Shown piece after piece: positions 58,474 through 64,000 of a DNA stretch of 64,000 nt. The notes under the pieces were generated by a model that saw only the letters and a program-made list of their open reading frames with translations, was not told the DNA's origin and ran no database searches. Position numbers and translations under genes: made by a program. The DNA comes from the human T2T-CHM13v2.0 reference genome, Homo sapiens: the NCBI RefSeq assembly GCF_009914755.1, contig NC_060932.1, one strand, 5' to 3'. Every line of letters begins with the position of its first letter. Position 1 is the first letter of the stretch.

Positions 58474-59359
58474 TCCATTAGTTTTTGAGTTTGTAATCTT
58501 AATTACAGTATAGTCATATAAACATTAGTTTTTCTTCATGAAATAACTGTGATTGAAAGTCGTTTCTTCCCCTGACTATACACTATGCTTTCAGGTTATA
58601 CTTGTGTTTTGCTGTTGTTGTTCTTGCTGCTGATGCTTTATGGATTTCAAAATGACGGAAAAGGAAAACAGCATAGGGAAGCTGATCCTCTTCCACACCC
58701 AGAGGGCCATTCTGCTGCCTCTCTTCCAGACACAAAAGGAGACAGAGCAGACATTCATGTGGCTGAATTCCTAATTTTCCATTATAGCTGCCAGCATGTG
58801 TGAAAACAAGCATAAAAACCAAAGACTTACCTTAATCTTCATTTCAGTCTATTTGGCATTTCTTGCACTTCCAAGTCTGAGGGATGAGTTATCTACCACA
58901 GCTAGGAAAATTTATCTCTATGCATTTACATTTGAACATTTTTACCAACTAAATAAAAGATAGATTGCTCTTAACTACTGCAAAAAGATGATTACTTTTT
59001 TCTAATATATGACTAAAATTTCTGCCCTATCTAGTTTTTTACATAGAAAGGTTAATTTCTATGAATCATTGCAAAGATAAAAATAAATTTTGATTAAAAA
59101 TATTTATTCAATGGAAATACTATAAAGGGAGGATTTTAATATTGTTTCTACTGATGTAACTTGTCTTAATGGAAAACATCAGTGGATCATGGCTTTGGGA
59201 ATCTCAGACTCATAATAATTACCACCTGTTTTGTGTTTGCAACGTGCCAGACACGGTAGTAGAGACCAGGATTTCAGAAATAAGTTAGATGTAATTCTGT
59301 CCCCAAATAATTTATGCCTAATAATAAAAACAGGTTTATGTCCACTTTGGATGAAATGA

Positions 59360-59676
<317 letters not shown>

Positions 59677-60627
59677 TGAAGCTACAATATTGTGAAGGGA
59701 GTACAGAGCTGGCTTGAGATTAGAAAGGTTTTCTAGAGAGGTCACCCTCTCTAGAGTCAGTTTCAAAGTTGGGTAATACCAAGTGATTAACAAATACATC
59801 AACAGTTAAGGGCAGTTTAGGTGAACAGACTATGTGCAGATCATCTAACATAGTCACTGAAGATTAAGTAAGAATAAGAAATAGGCCTTGCTAAGCACTA
59901 TAGGGAGGGAAGACAACCTAACCGATAATTATGTTAAGTATTATAACAGAAGCGAGCACAATGTCCAAAAACTGCATAGAGGCGGGTATTTCACTCAGCT
60001 CTGCAGATCAGAAAGGCTTCCCAGAACAGTAATGCTTTAGCTGAATCTTAATGAATAAGGATTTTTCCTGTGGTCAGAGAAGTGGGAAGGAAAGGACAGT
60101 TAAGGAGAGATTATACAGAAGATATTGGAAATGGAATGGATAATTTGTGCTCAGTCATTCGGCACTCACTATGTGCTAGACACTGGATGTTATCACAAGA
60201 TGGGGTGGAGATTGATCTTGGACAAGACATACAGCAGCCAGATCATCTTTTTAAAAAGTAAATCACATCATTTTACTCTCCTATTCAACAACCTCCAAAG
60301 TGTGCTCCCCTTGCAAGCATAATAACTATTGTGGGTTCTTAGCATGACCCACACTGTCCAATATGATCAGTTCCCAAAAAATTTCGACAAGCTCACCTCC
60401 TGCCACATGCACTTACTCCCTCTGGCATTTTTTCTGTTTTGTAGGACAAACCTTTGGCTTCCCCAGGGGATTTTCTCCCTCCACCTGGAATGCTCATTCC
60501 TCATCATTTAGGTCTTAGCTCAGATGCTTTCAGAAGCCTTTCATTATCACCATATGAGAGTAACCCTCTTCCCCCAACGCCCTGCCTTAGACAATCTCAG
60601 TCTCATCTCCCTGTTTTTCGTTGTTGT

Positions 60628-60933
60628 TTTTTTTTCCTTTTTTTTTTTTTTTTTTGAGATGGAGTTTCACTCTTGCCACCCAGGCTGGAGTGCAATGGCA
60701 CCATCTTGGCTCACTTCAACCTCCACCTCCTAGGTTCAAGTGATTCTCGTACCTCAGCCTCCCAAGTAACTAGGATTGCAGGCACTCACCACCACGCCCA
60801 GCTAATTTTTTGTAATTTTAGTAGAGATGGGTTTCACCATGTTAACCAGGATAGTCTCAATCTCTTGACCTCGTGATCCACCCACCTCGGCCTCCCAAAG
60901 TGCTGGGATTACAGGTGTGAGCCACTCTTAGGC
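60628..60933 (-). mobile_element. AluS within an L2 remnant
   Basis: T tract plus antisense Alu, TSD-like catctcc. Confidence 0.88.
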
Positions 60934-61402
60934 CCCATCTCCATTTTACTCTCATAGTATTTATTACAATCTTAAAATGCCCATTTCTTTGTGTTATCTG
61001 CCTCCTCCAACAATACTCCACAGAAACAGAGATCTTATTTGTCTCTTAGACACTGCTCTAGCTTCAGCATCTAGAAGACTTGGCAATTATCTATTGGCTA
61101 AATGAATAAATAATGACCTTGAGAGTGAGTAAGCTGAGGGATGTTCATGATCACGAGAAGTGAGATTAGTTTAAAGAGCTTTCCTGGGTAAGAGTAAGCT
61201 CAGAGTAGGAAACTGAAAGGCGGATTGATGAAGATATAAATAATAATCCATGAGGAACTACATTATAAAAGTTTCTTTAAAAAGATTCTTAACATAGTAA
61301 GCATGACTGTATACATTGTGAGTATACAAACCTGGAAATTTATACCAGTGAATTTAAAATTGCATCTCTATAACACCATAAATCAATTTATTGTTTTGGC
61401 AA

Positions 61403-61552
61403 AGTATGGTAGCTATGCTGTCTCTTCTGTTGGAAGACATCTTTCAACTCATTATCTATTATTCTTTTAGCTACTGATTCTATGCCAGGCTCTCAATTAT
61501 AGGATTCATGTGCTTAAGGAAAATATAGCCTGAAAGACCAAATCCAATCAAA
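61403..61552 (+). pseudogene. fossil SLC7 y+LAT-like gene, 150-nt exon
   Basis: Acceptor reads caa, 50 codons, |gtaggt donor. Translates [48 protein letters not shown], gap-free against y+LAT1 [50 protein letters not shown]. Confidence 0.93.
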
Positions 61553-61735
61553 GTAGGTAAAATATATACTGTCTGAAATTGCCTCACCATATGGCTTGAG
61601 AATTTCTCAACTAGCATTTATTTATGCATTATTTGTATGGTTTTTTATTTTTAAAATTTCCTTTTTTTCTTTGTTCATACCGAGTCCTGCACGTCTTATT
61701 AATTTTTTAAATAAAAGAAATACCTATGAGAAAGA

Positions 61736-62069
<334 letters not shown>

Positions 62070-62309
62070 CTACTCTTTATCAAACATACATACCTAGGAA
62101 TTTATCGTAAGGATAAAATTTAACAGAATTGAAAAGATAAGTGTGGCAATGTTAACTTGTTAACTATACTCTTATTTGTAAGAATAAAAACAAACAATAA
62201 CAAAAGAAACTATGCATCAACTTGGAGGAGAATTCCGTGGCTTATAAAAATGATATCCCAAAAAACATAGAAAAATATTTATGATTACATATCAAATGAA
62301 AATAGCAGA

Positions 62310-62785
<476 letters not shown>

Positions 62786-64000
62786 AAATAAGAGAATACA
62801 AAATAACATTAGTAGTATAGCATGTTGGGTCAAAAACAGATTTTTGGAATATGACAATCCTGATCCAAATCACATTTAGTTACTTAGGAACTATGTGACT
62901 TTGGGCATGTTCCTTATCCTTACTAAGGCTCTGTTTTCTCATTTGTAAACTAAGAATACCAATAGCACTAATTCTATCACATAGGAACAATGCTTTTGTT
63001 AACTGGAATTCACATTTAAAAATTTTATCGGAATGCCCCCATTAAAAATATTCATTTGAAAGTCATTTACACTCAAAAATTTCACCTTCTTTGCAACATA
63101 CTTTATATCTTAGATTTAAATTTCCATGTTCATCATGAAATAACTGACAGAATCTACTGCTGTGTTGTCAAATGTTTTGCAGAACTCGATAACTCTACAC
63201 TCTTCACAGTGAATAAGCCTTAAAAATTAAAACTAAGCAACTGAAAATAGAGTGCTAGTTATTTAAGGAAGTTATGGCTCTCATTGTTTTTTTCTTCCAT
63301 TGCATTCATGGCTCAACATCAAAGCCATTTATCTTATGAAAGGACTTCAATAAAGTTTCATTAGAAAACTTAATTAAGAGAAGTTGAAATATTAACAGAG
63401 TAGAAAAGAAGGAAATAATGATCAATCACATAAAATAGGAAAAGAAAGCAAAATTAGTGAAAAAGTACTTGTACAGAGAACAGATGAAATGGGTTAATGA
63501 AATGGAATAATAAATCTGTGTATAACTTTCACAGATGGCTATGATTCCAGATATGATATCTACATGCAGCATTTAGTATACTTGATAGTTTCTTTTTAAC
63601 TCACTCAGCAATTGTAAATCTATAAAATTTAGAAATGCTGAGATAATATGACTTGCTGTTTCTGGCTCATGGATTTGTCACTCAAGGCTGTGATACAAAA
63701 CACATTATCAAGCTCACCAGGCTGCCTCTTTCATTCAGTGGAAGAGGGCTGTAAAGGATACCATATTTGCCTACAAATGTTAACTAGCTCATTTGCTCCT
63801 GCATCATTGGCAGCACTTCATGAATGTCATAAATACCAACAGGCATTTCTATTGCCTCTTTTATAATAAGTTTATTGAGATATTTATACTTTTCTACCTA
63901 GAGATGTTTTTGATTATCATCAGTGCTACAAATTGGGATAACTGCAGTAGTAGATCCCAAGAGATTTCTATCCTGATAATTGGGGGTGGGAGTAGATGTG

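Noticed and set aside
58585-58803. 72-aa ORF with a hydrophobic N-terminus and a ttcag acceptor
   Set aside because: The hydrophobicity comes from a (TGT/TGC)-like low-complexity run. It resembles no SLC7 exon or other family I recognise.
63650-63740. LLFL...CDT...LTRLPLSF as the next (184-nt) SLC7 exon
   Set aside because: It needs several gaps and lacks splice sites, unlike the gap-free true exons. The last exons probably lie beyond the window or are lost.

Overview
Human-type genomic DNA. Bases 1-22.2 kb carry the 3' part of RIPK2 on the + strand: coding exons 4-11 (kinase C-lobe, linker, CARD, stop at 21576-21578), all with GT-AG junctions, plus the 3'UTR. The remaining ~42 kb is repeat-rich: Alus, L1, L2, MIR, DNA transposons, a dense ERV-LTR cluster with two MER41 LTRs, a full-length THE1, and a COX6B1 processed pseudogene. 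The most notable signal, which no ORF in the track shows whole, is a fossil intron-containing gene for an SLC7 light-chain amino-acid transporter (y+LAT, SLC7A6/SLC7A7-like) on the + strand. Four exon remnants (46552-47089, ~48500-48625, 57750-57846, 61403-61552) are colinear with y+LAT1 and match its exon lengths and phases as recalled, but carry stops, frameshifts and dead acceptors. This suggests a lost gene decaying in place. Other notable structures: an eroded AT-centred fold-back palindrome with template-switch junctions (42.8-45.5 kb), a MER41B-type LTR with intact tandem GAS motifs 6 kb downstream of RIPK2, an ancient inverted L1 duplication in RIPK2 intron 6, and a perfect 21-bp-stem hairpin in intron 7. 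Repeat boundaries and subfamily names are by eye, and reference sequences are from memory.
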